Part shown: positions 13,636-26,482 of the stretch, piece after piece
How the letters are laid out: each line of letters opens with the position of its first letter
How positions within the stretch are numbered: position 1 is the first letter of the stretch
Assembly: GCA_964106915.2 (NCBI GenBank)
Contig: OZ066915.1
DNA length: 64,000 nt
Source: Podarcis gaigeae
Taxonomy: Eukaryota
Reading direction: 5' to 3' (one strand)
The notes under the pieces: generated by a model
What the model saw: only the letters and a program-made list of their open reading frames with translations
Database searches by the model: none
Told to the model about the DNA's origin: nothing
Translations under genes and position numbers: made by a program

Positions 13636-16600
13636 GTAAGTTGTGAGTTTGCAATATGTTCTAAATGTTTCTGATACTTTATGACACTACTGTGGCCTTT
13701 TTGAGCCGTGCAGTTTACTGGTAGGAAGCTTTTTCTAACATGCAATATCAGTTTGTTAAAGGTTTTATATAATTACTTTCCAATCAGAAAGAAATTACCC
13801 CCCCCCCTTTTTCTGTCTGTCAGATTGTAGCTTAACTCAGGTTCTGAGTATACAAATCTTAAGGTGATTTCTAGTTTAAATATTTTCGTATATCTGGATT
13901 ATATGGACTTTTATGTTTCCAGTATTGAAATAAGCTGCCCACATTTGGCCTGTGCAGGCGTTCCGCATTTTAAAGCTGTTTTTCTACCTTTCCTACATGG
14001 CTGCCATACATAACATACATTTATTTGTATGCTGCCTTTCCACAGTTCAAACCACCCTCAAGGCAGATCCTAACATGAGGGGAATACATAAGTACAACAT
14101 AACAAAAGTAGTAATGAACAATAAATACAACCTTCAGAAATACACAACCAAACTGAACAATTTCCACATAAATCTCAACAAGATCGAAAATAAAGATGAA
14201 AATAAAGCCAACAGCACCACCACCACAACAAACCCCCTCCAAAAAACCCAGCCCAGTACCCTTGACTTTCTCTTCTCCCCAACCTTGTATCCACAAATGG
14301 AGAAGGCTGAGGCCATTTTCATGAGCTAATCTTTATTCTGTCTCATCTCACAATGGCTATTTTCTCCTCTTTTTTGATCTTCTGTACTCCCTTGTTTCCT
14401 GCTCCCCCCCCTCTCTCAGTTTACAGTGTGACAAGCAGTGACACTGGGGGCAGGAGGTGCAGTGGGGGGGGGGCGAGGTTACCATTGGCCCTGGGGGGGT
14501 ATCCCTTCCTACACAACAAAAGTGACCCTCTCACAGGGACAGCTCCTACAGATGCCTGGTTCAGTTGTCCCTCCCCCCCCCGCCTCTGTGTGTGTGTGTG
14601 TGAGACACACACACAATCTCAGGATTCAACTGCCCCTTGACAATCCCCTTCTTCCTCTCTTCCTCCTCCTGGGCTGTGGCCAGAGACCCTCCAGCTGCAG
14701 CTGGCCAGGGTTGCGAGGGGGCAGCAGCAGCAACAGCAGCAGGTCAGACAGCAGCAAAGATTGCAGCAGGCAGCTTGAAATGGCCAAATGTCATATGCAG
14801 GAGTCCACAACCATTGTGGCCGAGTGCTTCTTCTCCAGGTTGTACTGTATCTCATAGCTTGAGGATCAGAAACCTTAATTGAAGAAATCAGACTCCAGCA
14901 TTTTAATCATACAGATTATTCCACGATGGGTTATGCTGCAATCATAGCTGCAGGCTAACACTGCACACAGACTTCCTTTCATGTCCAACCATACTGGCAC
15001 TCCTTTTTGCAACAAAGAATTGTATGAGATTGAAAGCTTGTAACACTTATAAATATATTCTATGAGATTGAAAACTCCAACTGCATGTATGTGTATAAAT
15101 TAATAAAATATGTGAAAGTAGTTTTCACTTTCATTTATTTTTTGTTGCTAAAAGGATTGCCAGTAGTTCCTGCTTATAAAGGCTATGGATATAGCAGTCT
15201 CAGCTTTTCCTCTGTAAGATGGAAATAATAGTCTATCTCACTTGGCTGTTGCAAGACAAACAAAGCAGACTATACACTTTGCACATGTAAAAAGAAATGC
15301 TACATATAGCATAAACATTTCAATTTTTTTCCTGTAAACTCTAAAGCCAAGCACTTTTAAGAGAAGACATTGCCAGCCACTTTGTACCAATGAATTCTAT
15401 AGACTTCCCCCTAAGAAACTGGACCTTTCAATCTCATACAGTTCTTTAAAATACATATGAAACTTTCTTAGTTATTTTAAAAACTAGATCCCCTTTGCTA
15501 TCAGACCATCATTGGGATCCTGCAAGACCATGCATGGACCAAGGACCACTTGCTTTTCCATAGTGCAAGCACCTATTCAACTATTGTTAAACAGCCACGC
15601 GACTCAAGGGGAGGAACTGAGTGTAGCACTAAGGAGTTTGTTCCATCACTGCAAGCATTTTAGCTTGTCAGGGCGATGAGGGTATCCCTCACTCTGTCTC
15701 ATCCTCACCAACAAGAGGTGTAGCTGTACATATGTAATGCTTCTGTGTGCGCACACATGAGTGGAAGGGGAGAGGAAATAGAGGCTTTACCTCCTTGCAC
15801 CAACTGTGTGCATATTCATTTGCATGTTTATGTATTTTTACTGCTTGTTTATATGTATGTCAGTTTGCATGAATCTTTGGAGTAGGTAGAGATCCATCCC
15901 TCTGGCTTCTTTCCTACCTTTCTGAAGTTAACACAGATCCTCTTTTGTTGGTGGCACAACAAGTGCAGAGTGGCTCTGTGTTAGACATGCCTCTTCACTT
16001 GTGTCTTTTCTCTGATGATTTCCCCATTTCTATCTCTTTTCTACTTTGTCTGTGACAGTTAAGAATTATGATAGCCATGCTATTTGACTGTAAGGCATCC
16101 AGCCAAGGCCAACAGACAAATTAAAACTCTGTGTGATTCTTTGTGATTACGGCTCGGATTTAAAGATCCTGTTTAGGTGGGCATATTCCCAGTAAGCTTT
16201 CAGGGGTTTTTTGCCTACTTCACATTGCTCTTGTAGCACATTATGCTGAAAGCTGCCCTTAGCAGCTTTGGAGGCAGCTTGTTGACAACCATAGGGAGGT
16301 TTCTATAAGGAGAAAGGAACTCAAGTAGCATATGCTAAGCTGGATATGGATTTCTATGCCTAGAAATTACATGCAAGCCCATATATTGCCACATGGGATC
16401 TAGTGCTTCTGGCTACAGTGTCTAGAATTTTCTAAAGAACTTAAGTTTTCTGAATGTGTATAAAATAACATAGTGATTCCCATATGCCTCAGGTGTGGGC
16501 ATGTTGCTAATTTGATATAGCAAGTAGAATTATCCTTCATATTAACGATAGTGAAATCAGGAATCAGTAACTTAAAGGGCTGCTATTTATGTAGATTATT

Positions 16601-18226
16601 ATTATTTAATTGAATGTAGCATTTTCCCATGACATAACAAAAGATTGTAAGCAGAAATAAGTAGCCACTAGCATTTTGGATATCTACCAGCAATTCAAGC
16701 TAAGACAGATTTAAAATGACTCAACACCTAAAGGGGGGTGGGGAGGGAGATTAACCAATTCCCTCTCTTACCTTTCCAACGAAGTCATAGTTTCATTCAA
16801 ATTTTATCTATGTATTGCAGTGGTTTTATATGTCTTCTGAATTCATTCCCCCCAATTGTTCTTTTTAGAGTGTAGAACAAATTGAAGAGTATAATTTATG
16901 CGATTTAAGGCTTGTTACTTTGAAATGATGGGCATGCAGGGATTATGAAATTAAAAATACACTTAACTGTCCCAAGATAGGTGCTCAGTTTTCTTTTGAA
17001 GTCTGTGGGAATTGTATTCACCTCATGGATATTTAGAAATGAGCTGAGTTGCAATGTTTGCAATACTTTCCATGGTAGGGAGAGAGGTTTACCTGAAGCC
17101 AGTTTCTCCTGCTTAATGGAAGTTGTGTGAGCCGTTTATCCTATTTATTTTAACTTAGGCAAACATAAAAATAAACTTTCATGAAGCATAACTGCAAAAG
17201 CTTTGCAAGCCCTGTCAACACCCTCTGATGAAATGAAAAAGAGAGTGTCTCAGTCCTCTGTATATATGCTGGCCTTGACATTCTTGAAGGCTCAAAAGCC
17301 AGATCCCCACTTCCTAATTCAATCAAGAGAACAGTATACCACATCACTTTACTATTGAGAACCCTAGTTTTGGTGTGACCTTCTAAGTAGTACTGAAACA
17401 ACACCCAGCTAGACCTTGGATTTTCAAGTATGTTGAATAAACACATATTTTCACCCCTAAAGGGTGTTAGATAATGGCTAATTAAATTGTCACTGAAGCA
17501 CTGTGGATGGGTGGATTAGATGCATGAAATTGGTGTTCATCCTGTTCAGGTTAGGGTTGCAATTCCCCCTGTAATAACAGGTATGCAGTTTGGAGGTACT
17601 CCTTGTTCCGGCAGTGATACTTGAGGCCTACATGGCCTCAATTACCCAAAGTGCTTTGGCTTTCTGCTAATTTTGACTGTTTCTGTAGAGGGATAGTCTT
17701 CCGTGTTGATCTAATATGTGGTAATCTCCTGGCTTGATTACCATAATGGACATGAGGCTGCCCTTTAGTTAGTGTAGAACTTGCCTGCTTGAACTTTGAT
17801 AAGTATCGTCAGAGTTGTTCATAGTGCACTTATTTTGAAAGAACTACATTGACTGTCTGCTTGCTTCAGAGCCTTATTTAAGATGCTTTCACACCCTAAA
17901 TGGCTTGGGACCCATATACCCCAAAGAACATCTCTTCCCATAAGAGCCTGCTTATTGTATCTTAAGTTCTTCTATAGAGGCCCTGCTCCAAGTACCCAGT
18001 TTAGTAGAGATTCGCTGTGCTTGTACAAAGGAGAGGGCACACTGACTTTATAATGCCATCATACTTGGGAGTAGGCCCATTGAAATTAATGGACATGACT
18101 AACTTGGTCAGTTAATATTTGAGTAATATTTGTATACAACCCTTAAAATTATACACTATTTGTGTTCTGTGAATTTTATTCACACCTCTCTGGAATTTTT
18201 TCATGAAGGGCAGCTGAGAAATCTTT

Positions 18227-18259
18227 AAACAAACAAACAAACAAACAAACAAACAAACA
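18227..18259. repeat. (AAAC)n microsatellite
   Basis: seen directly. Confidence 0.95.
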
Positions 18260-19505
18260 CGACACTACACTACAAAAATGTTAGCTAACAGCCTAGTTCC
18301 AAATCTTACTATTCTAGTAAAAAAAATGTGAAGATAAAGTATGTTAATTTCAGAGCCAGTGTTGGAAACTATAGAGCTACACTGCCATTTCAAGACTTCT
18401 GCTTTGTTATTTTGTTCAGTTGTTCCCATTTAAATTTATACCAGTGAGTACTTTAGCTATCCATTGTGGTGTGTTTGAGCTTGAACCCACCTAGACAACT
18501 AGCCTCTCCTGAATAAACTCTTGTCACTCCAGGATAGCAGTGTCACCCGTATCACCATATGGGGTAGTTAGGAGAATTTTACCAAAGGTCATCTGTCAAT
18601 GCGTGGTGAAGTTCTGTTAGGATGTGAAGTAAACTTAGCATCTGTAGTTACTCATGCCTGGAAACTGCCCTGACAAAGGCTACTCTCAATGTCTTACAGT
18701 TTGGCAAAGGTAGGGTGAGTGCTAAGGTTTAATAAAGAAAAATGTGTGGCAGCTTTGAGAGAACACAGGTTTTTCTTTACTACCAGGTAAAGTACTGAAA
18801 TCTCAACTTCACTGCATAATTTAGTCAGGCTGCCTTAATGTAAAAATGCTCCACTACCTATGGTTTACCACTTTCCAATTCTTTTCAAGACCTATCTCCT
18901 GATCGCTAGAGTGTACTGTTAAAAACAGAAGTTTTGACACACACTCTCTCTCTCTCTATATATATATATATGTATGTACATGAATAACAAATACTGGTAG
19001 TTTAGCATATGAAAGTGAAGTCCATAAAGGAAGAACATTCCAACTAAGCTGCTGACAAGAGAATCCTCATGCAGCTTCTGAGAGGAGGAGGCTCATGAGC
19101 TTTGAAATCTGAAAATGCACATTAACCACACACAGGCCTTCCGGAAGCATGTTGGAAAACCACCCTCTCTTGGTACTTAAGTTCTTAGGGCATTGCCTTT
19201 TCATTTCTGTTGGGAAGCCCTGTGTCAGCAATAAAGGCCACTGTTGTGGGTGCGCCTATTTTTAATAAATGCATATTCTTAAACAGTTGGCAGGCAACCT
19301 GCAGATTTAAAAGAGCATTAGCACATAAAGTAGCAGTGACAACAACTCCTTGAGGGCATATTCATCCAGCAAAGCTGACTTTACTTTTTTAAATAAAACC
19401 CATGGGTCGTTTATACTGCTGCATGTTTATTTTGAATTCATGAACTAGTATTTATCTGCAAGCAAACCTGACTCATTTTTGTATGTTTGTTCTTTCTGTT
19501 CTTAG

Positions 19506-19535
19506 GCTGCCTTCCAGGAGAATGTTGGTAGACAG
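19506..19535 (+). CDS. TBCD: TBCD exon (~ex16, 30 nt)
   Basis: cttag|GCT...CAG|gtatg; AAFQENVGRQ. Confidence 0.95.
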
Positions 19536-19828
19536 GTATGGTAACTTCTTCTCTTTTTTTTAACTCTCTTCATTTAATTTCTTGTAAATCTACTGTAGCG
19601 TAAAATTAAGTGTAGACATTTTGTCACTTGTGGAAGTGAAGGGAGAGTTTGGTGAATTTGGACAAATGATTTCAAAATGATCTTGGTAATGCTTCATGTG
19701 TACCTATTAAAAACCTAATTACGACATTTGAGTATATTCTGAGGGAGAGCCCTTAGCTTTTTAAAAGGCAGCATACCAAATACCACCATTCCGAAAATCA
19801 GCACAGTGCAAAGGCTGTTAGGGGAGTA

Positions 19829-20087
19829 TCATATTTTTTGCTCTATAAGACTCACTTTCTCCCTCCTAAAAAGTAAGGGGAAATGTGTGTGCGTCTTTCT
19901 GAGCGAATGCAGGCTGCGCAGCTATCCCAGAAGCCAGAACAGCAAGAGGGATTGCTGCTTTAACTGCACAGCAATCCCTCTTGCTGTTCTGGCTTCTGAG
20001 ATTCAAATTTTTTTTTTTCTTGTTTTCCTCCTCGAAAAACTAGGTGCATCTTGTGGTCTGGTGCGTCTTATAGAGCGAAAAATACAG
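19829..20087. mobile_element. Tc1/mariner-type MITE with internal hairpin
   Basis: TIR (C)CGTATTTTT.GCTCTATAAGAC / GTCTTATAGAGCGAAAAATACAG, TA flanks. Confidence 0.85.
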
Positions 20088-20965
20088 TATTTTTCTTGAG
20101 CAATAGGAACAGCTTCTGCCCTTGTTTCCCTCCTTAACCTGATGCAGCAGTGGTAGTTGGGTAGCTATATAAATGCAATGGAGAATGAGGGTTGAGCACA
20201 ACTTTGTTGGAAAGGAAAAGCACTTCTAATTCCCAGTGGTGCCCACTTCCCTGATTTTTATACAGTTTTGCACATTTCTAGACCAGAATGTAAATAATTT
20301 ATAGTCAGATTAATTTCACTTTTAAGGGAACCTCAATGAGGTTGCTTAAAGAAAGACTGATTAAAAAAATAAGACAAAATTGCTAAAATGGTTTGCCATT
20401 GGTATGTAGAAGGTTGTAGCCTTGCACTGTTTCTTTTCTGAAAGTCCATCAGTAGTGAATATGTATACATTGGTAAGTGGAAACAGATAAGCCTTTTTGC
20501 AGATTAAAGCATTTTTGAAACATGTTTGAAAGCATGGGGACAAAATGTTATTTGGTAACAGACTCACTAGGAGCACTGTTTTTTGTGGTACTATTTCTTA
20601 AGGGATACACAATGCTGATGGATCAATCCTGTACTGTGCTTCTATTTCAAAAGTTGAGAGGACTTAAACATTGTTCCTGGTATGCGTTTACACCAACTGT
20701 ATACACTTCTATTCCTATTCTAGTAGCCCTGGGAGCAATTTTCAAGTATTCAGCAATTTTCAAGTATTGTTTGACATACTCCAGAAATGTGCACAACCTG
20801 TTAGACTAGAGGGGCAGAGACCATGGCAAGAGAGAAAAACATAATTTGTGTTCTGTGGTCCTACGATACCACCCCAGTCCCTGGAATATAATGAATCCAT
20901 ATGGACCAGGTGACCATGTTAACTATATCCTGGTGGGTTTTGGCACCCACATTCCCCATGCTGTT

Positions 20966-21715
20966 AGAATCATAGACTTGTAGAGTTGGAAGGGACCCCA
21001 AGGGTCATCTAGTCCAACCCCCTGCAATGCAGCATTCTCAAGTAAGGTACCAATTACAGATGCCACCCAACCTCTACTTAGAAACTTACAAGGAAGGAGA
21101 GTCTACCACCTTCCAAGGGTGTCCATTCCACTGTCAAACAGCTCTTACTGTCAGAAAGTTCTTCCTGATGCTTAGCTGGAATGTCCTTTCTTGTAACTTA
21201 AAGTCATTGGTTCAAATCCTACCCTCCAGAGCGGGAAGAAAACAAAGTTGCTCCATCCTCCAGGTGGCAGCCTTTTAAAGATTTGAAGATAGCTTGGTTC
21301 ATCATATCCAGTACTGCTGGTTATCTGTTCTAGCATTTGTGAATTTAGTAGATAGTTAATCATAAAGTTTTGAGAAGAAACGTTGATCATTATCCTATTC
21401 TACATAGTCTGTTAGATGCCCTTGTTCTTAGCCCCAAAACTTTATGCTATTATACTTTTGGATTTTTAGAAAGCTCTATACTATTCTTTTCGGGGTTTGG
21501 TTATCAACACTCTGCACAGTATTCCATGTATCTTTGCACCATAGATATTTATACAGGCATTATAATGCTGAGAGTTTTCTTTTCTGTTTCTTTCTTAATG
21601 GCATTCATCTTTTTCACAGCTGTCACATACTGAGGCAATGTTCTTGTTGAGTTATCTACCACAATCCCAATATGCCTTTATTGGTCAGTTATCCACAGTT
21701 CAGACTCCATAAGGC
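20966..21715 (-). mobile_element. CR1 LINE 3' fragment
   Basis: CR1 3' end agaatcatag...gttggaagggacc...atctagtccaaccc, plus degraded ORF2 C-terminal sequence. Confidence 0.8.
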
Positions 21716-21719
21716 ATGT

Positions 21720-22462
21720 GCGATTTTCTTTTCTATTTCTGTTTGGTCATAATGTGATTTAGTATTTCTTCATGCTTGGAGTGGCCAATCCTCGCTGCCT
21801 TCAGAGTTTTCCCAGCTTTTTCATTTAGTATCAACTCTTGACTCGCACTGCATCTGAAACTTAAAACACTCCCTCGAATGTGTCTGCACCCTGGGGTGGC
21901 TTTTACCACACTCTTCATTGACTGCTTCTCACTGAGGTGGCAAAATAGCCTGGTGAACATGCCAGTGCTGGTTATGATGCTGCATTATGAGAAAGGGTGC
22001 AGTTTGGCTAAGTTCTTCATTTTTACCAATATAGCCTTTTGATTATTTTTCTTTTTCATCAGAGTGACATTCATATATTTCTTTTGGTTTGGTTACACTT
22101 GAATGTGTGCAGTCCGCTCCAATTGTTGTTGTTGTTTAGTCATTTAGTCGTGTCCAACTCTTCGTGACCCCATGGACCAGAGCACGCCAGGTACTCCTGT
22201 CTTCCACTGCCTCCCGCAGTTTGGTCAAACTCATGCTGGTAGCTTTGAGAACACTGTCCAACCATCTCGTCCTCTGCCGTCCCCTTCTCCTTGTGCCCTC
22301 CATCTTTCCCAACATCAGGGTCTTTTCCAGGGAGTCTTCTCTTCTCATGAGGTGGCCAATGCAGCAGTTTACGCTGATAGCGCTGCTGGTAGAATCTTGT
22401 ACCTCACATCTCATTTTACTCAAATGCTGATACTTAGCGTTTATATAGGAGTTTACATTTTC
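21720..22462 (-). pseudogene. Antisense remnant exon P14, interrupted by Bov-B and ending at CR1
   Basis: ENVNSYINAKYQHLSKMRCEVQDSTSSAISVNCCIG[Bov-B]ADCTHSSVTKPKEIYECHSDEKEK*...; the frame is restored when Bov-B is removed. Confidence 0.5.
22123..22359 (-). mobile_element. Bov-B (RTE) LINE 3' fragment
   Basis: GHLMRREDSLEKTLMLGKMEGTRRRGRQRTRWLD...VHGVTKSWTRLND C-terminus, (AAC)n tail, ccaat on both sides. Confidence 0.93.
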
Positions 22463-22726
22463 CTGTAATCTCTAATTATAAATTATTATTAACGAATAAT
22501 ACCTCATCTCTACAAAACATAGCTAATAACTGGAAAGAGAATGCATCTTTTCAAACGGGAGTTTTGATATAGACCAGGCTGGTGAAATTAGGCCCATTTG
22601 GCTAATGTGGTAGTTTGTGAGAGGTCATGCTCACCTGACATCATTTGGTGTCAGGTGGGCATGACCTACCAGAAACTATTGGACGTCATTTGATGTCAGG
22701 TGCAGGACAGGTAAAGCCATGGCTCC

Positions 22727-22913
22727 TTAGTGCTTTTCAAATTCTTCTTTTGCAGTAGGTTTTATATTTAGCACTGAATGCAAATCCCTCTGCTTTTCTA
22801 TGGTCTTGGATCTTGCCATCTGTGAAACATGGCTTGCAGAGGAATGACTACTTTTTTTATCTGACCTGCTGGCTCTCACTTCTGATATTGACTTCGGTGT
22901 GTCCCAAAAAGAA
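22727..22913 (-). pseudogene. Antisense remnant exon P13 (phase 2 start; open ~60 codons)
   Basis: ctttgttacag|T TCT; SFWDTPKSISEVRASRSDKKSSHSSASHVSQMARSKTIEKQRDLHSVLNIKPTAKEEFEKH*. Confidence 0.6.
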
Positions 22914-22992
22914 CTGTAACAAAGGTGCAGAATGTTCAAATTGCTCTCTGTGTTGTCACTCCAGAGATTATAGTAATGACAAAAGTACTCAC

Positions 22993-23096
22993 CGTTTAGA
23001 AGTGGATTGAGTAAACACCCTGCTCTGACTTCATCCTGTTTCAAGTTGCCAGTTTTCTTGGGTCTCAAACTTGCAGCTTTACCTTAGCTGGTCTTG
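22993..23096 (-). pseudogene. Antisense remnant exon P12 (104 nt, phase 0-2)
   Basis: atttcag|CAA...CG|gtgagt; two stops. Confidence 0.55.
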
Positions 23097-23331
23097 CTGA
23101 AATTTATTGGTGGCACATGTCCCATGTCCCAATGCAAATACTGTAATTTAACTATGGAAATGGTGATTACAAACGAAGTGATGCTGCCTCTAAAAAAAAA
23201 AACCACTTGATTATCCATAGTTCCTTTTGTTCCTTTTTCAGGATGTGCTTTACATCCATTGAGAAAAGCTTCCCTCTCTCTTTTGAGATGCTTCTCTTTT
23301 GTGGACATGTTACAGAAAAACTATTGCATAC

Positions 23332-23581
23332 CTGACTGTGCAGATGCCATGTATTGTAGCTATGATAGTGAAGCCTCTTGCGATGAGTGCCTGGAAGTAA
23401 AGGGATGAGAGCGATGTCTTGCCAAAATGGCTGGCCTTCCTTTACTACTACTTTTTGCAAAAGCCATTAGGCCTCTGTCCTTTGTTTGATAAGGGGAGGC
23501 ATTCTGTACACAGTGTTTGTATTGCAGTTCAAAATCAGAGGTACTCTCTCCTGTGATTCAGAAGAGCAGCATGCAGTGTTG
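23332..23581 (-). pseudogene. Antisense remnant exon P11 (250 nt, phase 2-0)
   Basis: gtgtcctag|C AAC...CAG|gtatgc; 83 codons, one stop. Confidence 0.6.
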
Positions 23582-23878
23582 CTAGGACACGGAAGTGAGC
23601 ATTGATTTATTGTGGGTAGAACTTGGATTAAAAACCAGTGGAAGAGGATTTGAGACAAAGCAGCAATTCCAGTTGCAATACAGGAATCATTTGGGAGCGA
23701 AGATGAAGAGAGAGAAAGAGACAGAGTAATAAAATTGCAGCAAGTGGGGTGTGAGAGGCGGGAGAAGATAAATGAGAGAGAAAGAGAGATGGGTATCACA
23801 CCAAAAGAGAGAGATGGGCTTACATGGATAGGGAGAGCAGAACATGGCAGGAGAGAGAGAGATGGTTTTACTACTTAC

Positions 23879-24362
23879 TGCTAAGGAGTAATCTGCTGGA
23901 TGAATAAAAATTTAATCCAGATAAGATGGAGATGCTTCTGTATGTCAGTGTTCAAGCTTCTCCTGATGTTGAGATTTTGCTTGTCCTTGATGGATATCTC
24001 TTTCCTTTTGGGGGTTTCTTTGGTTTTTTTTTCTGGGTCTGGTTTTTCTGTTGGATTCTCAAGAACAATGGTTGCGGTCAAGGAGGGAGCTTTGCCCAGT
24101 TCAGGCAGATATACCAACTGCTCCCATTTCTGGGGAAGAGTCACGCCTAGTCATAATGCCTTAGTTATTACTTTAATGTGCTTTTTGTGGGGCTGCCTTT
24201 GAAAGTGTAAGTTGGTCGAGAATTCAAGCCTGGATGCTTGGGGGATTGTGGCTTTCTGATGGAGAGGCCCTTTGCTGCATCCCAGTATGAGTGTGTTGTT
24301 AGATTAATCAGCATGTGTAAGAGGTCATTTCTGTAGCCGCATCCCAGTGTTGGAACACTCTC
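23879..24362 (-). pseudogene. Antisense remnant exon P10 (484 nt)
   Basis: ctctctgcag|GAGAGT...CA|gtaagt; includes LPQKWEQLVYLPELGKAPSLTATIVLENPTEKPDPEKKTKETPKRKE. Confidence 0.55.
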
Positions 24363-24920
24363 CTGCAGAGAGTTTGCTAGATGAATAATTTTTGTGCAGG
24401 TGGGCTTTTTATAATTTTTGGTGTTTTAAACTGATCCTGATTATTAATTCCTTTCCATACTGTTTCTGGGCTTGGGTATTTATTTGATTACTTTATTGTT
24501 TGTTAGTTATTTGTTCTTTGACTGTTGTTAGTTGCCTTGAGAAAGTGTGGAGATCAATTATTCTAAATCAAAAGGAAGGAAACTTGGGATCTGTTTGGGA
24601 GTGGTGACAGATTTGCCTCGAGCCTTGAGTTTATAAGGAGCAGCTCATTTCACATGCCATAAAATCAGTCCAGAGGACCTGAGTGTTGGGTTGCTTTTCT
24701 TGCTGTAAGAGAAGATTTGCTACTGTGTCACAAAAATTGACAGCAAGAAGGAAGTCTATACTAGTGAACCACCTTTTCCCCCAGGGTGGAGTACCAAATT
24801 ACTCCTTGCAGCCTAAGAAAATGGCTGCTAATTATGATAGGTATGTGTGATCCATTTTTTCCTAATCAGTTTTGTAATGTGAATCAGCCAGACAACTTTC
24901 CTCATGACTACAAGGGAGAT

Positions 24921-26261
24921 TTAGGACTTATTTTCCATCGGAAGACATAATGTTGTTGCTGAGTTTTGCAAGGAAAAAACAGTGTTAGATTTGTGTGCAG
25001 TCCTTCTGTTTTCTTGATTACAGTTGCTTGCAGGGCTGAGATAATTTTTTCTGGAGTGGGCGTTCCACAATGAAAGATCACGTTTCAGGTAGCATGACAT
25101 TTTCTCCAAAAGGACAGCTCATCAATCAATCAACCAACTATACTTTTTGCTGTGAAATTGCAGTCTCTTCCTGGCTCTTAGGGAGGTACTTGCCAAGCAA
25201 TCAGGGAATTTTGCCTTGCTCATACTGTTGTGAGTTACCTGTTTAAAGTGACTGCAACAGCTACTTAAATGGGGCAATCAGCAGTGCTATGCTGAACACC
25301 TCCTCCTCTTCCTTGACAAGGAGGGAGTGGATCATGTTGCACATAGTGTTGTTGATGACCTCATTTTGAGTACAGTGGTACCTCGGGTTACATACGCTTC
25401 AGGTTACAGACTCCGCTAACCCAGAAATAGTACCTTGGGTTAAGAACTTTGCTTCAGGATGAGAACAGAAATGGTGTTCCGGCAGCCCGGTGGCAGCAGG
25501 AGGCCCCATTAGCTAAAGTGGTGCTTCAGGTTAAGAACAGTTTCAGGTTACGAATGGACCTCCAGAACGAATTAAGTACTTAACCTGAGGTACCACTGTA
25601 TGTTGCTGCCACTTTAAAGATGATATTTTTGTCCCATTCATTTTACTCCTGACAGATTGCAGAAGATGGAAACCCTTTTTTCATGAGATAGTTTCATATG
25701 TCTCCTTTTTATGCCTCAGCTCTACTTCATTGTGCTTTCCTTTAGAGAAGTTATTTTTAAAAGCCGGTCTTTCTACCACATTTCGAACAACTTGAATAGT
25801 TTGTTTTAGATTGTAAGCTCTCTCTAAATTCTAAATCTGGTGGCAAGTAGAACCTATGCTTTCTTTTAGCAAATCATGACAGAGTGTTGGCAAAGCAATA
25901 AAACCTATATTATGCAAATTTTCTGTATTCACATTTCTTTTTTTATGAGCAAGACTTACTGTGGACATTTTTTTTATCTCTGGCATCCCAGCATCTGAAG
26001 TCTCACTCTCTATTTCAAGCACTTCAATTATATGGTTGAAACAGTTACATTTTTTACCATTTTACATTTTTATAGCTCTCTGGTGAAAGCATGTAAGCAA
26101 AGTTATTTACAAAAATAATTATGAAAAGGTCTAAAATTGATCCATCCTCATAAACTATGGTTTCACTTTTGTTGCATTTTGGTGATTAGTTTCTAGTTCT
26201 AGTTTACTTTGTCTTTAGTTGATGTGTTATCTCCTCTTGTAGGAAAATTTTCATTATGATA
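24921..26261 (-). pseudogene. Antisense remnant large exon P8 (3' end uncertain; MITE inside)
   Basis: Acceptor ttttgcttcag at 26262. One frame runs from ~26022 to ~25140 without frameshift once the MITE is removed. Confidence 0.5.
25373..25598. mobile_element. Tc1/mariner (Tigger-like) MITE
   Basis: CAGTGGTACCTC TIRs, TA TSD. Confidence 0.92.
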
Positions 26262-26482
26262 CTGAAGCAAAACAAGGTCAACTAATAATAACTCTGTGAC
26301 CTATATATCAATTAGGAATGACTCAAGTGAATTTTCAAGCAACAAAAGGTGTGCTAGAGACTTGGGCTGTGGTTCTATACCCATGTGACATTAAGCCTCA
26401 TTCCCAGTTAATTGGACCTTCTCAGTAGACATGGGTTTTTCTGGGCAGATTGAATACTGAACTATTAATCCTGAGAACCTAC

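Noticed and set aside
13952-14329. 125-aa Asn/Lys/Thr-rich ORF
   Set aside because: A/C-skewed low-complexity sequence typical of a retroposon tail.
14353-14882. CAG-rich overlapping ORFs (poly-A/S/C)
   Set aside because: Low-complexity, GC-rich repeat-like sequence that is open in several frames, with no coherent splice structure.
20361-20640. Possible further 3' exons of the antisense remnant (donor-like CTA|gtgagt, ORF 20361-20576)
   Set aside because: No convincing acceptor or phase link across the intervening CR1.
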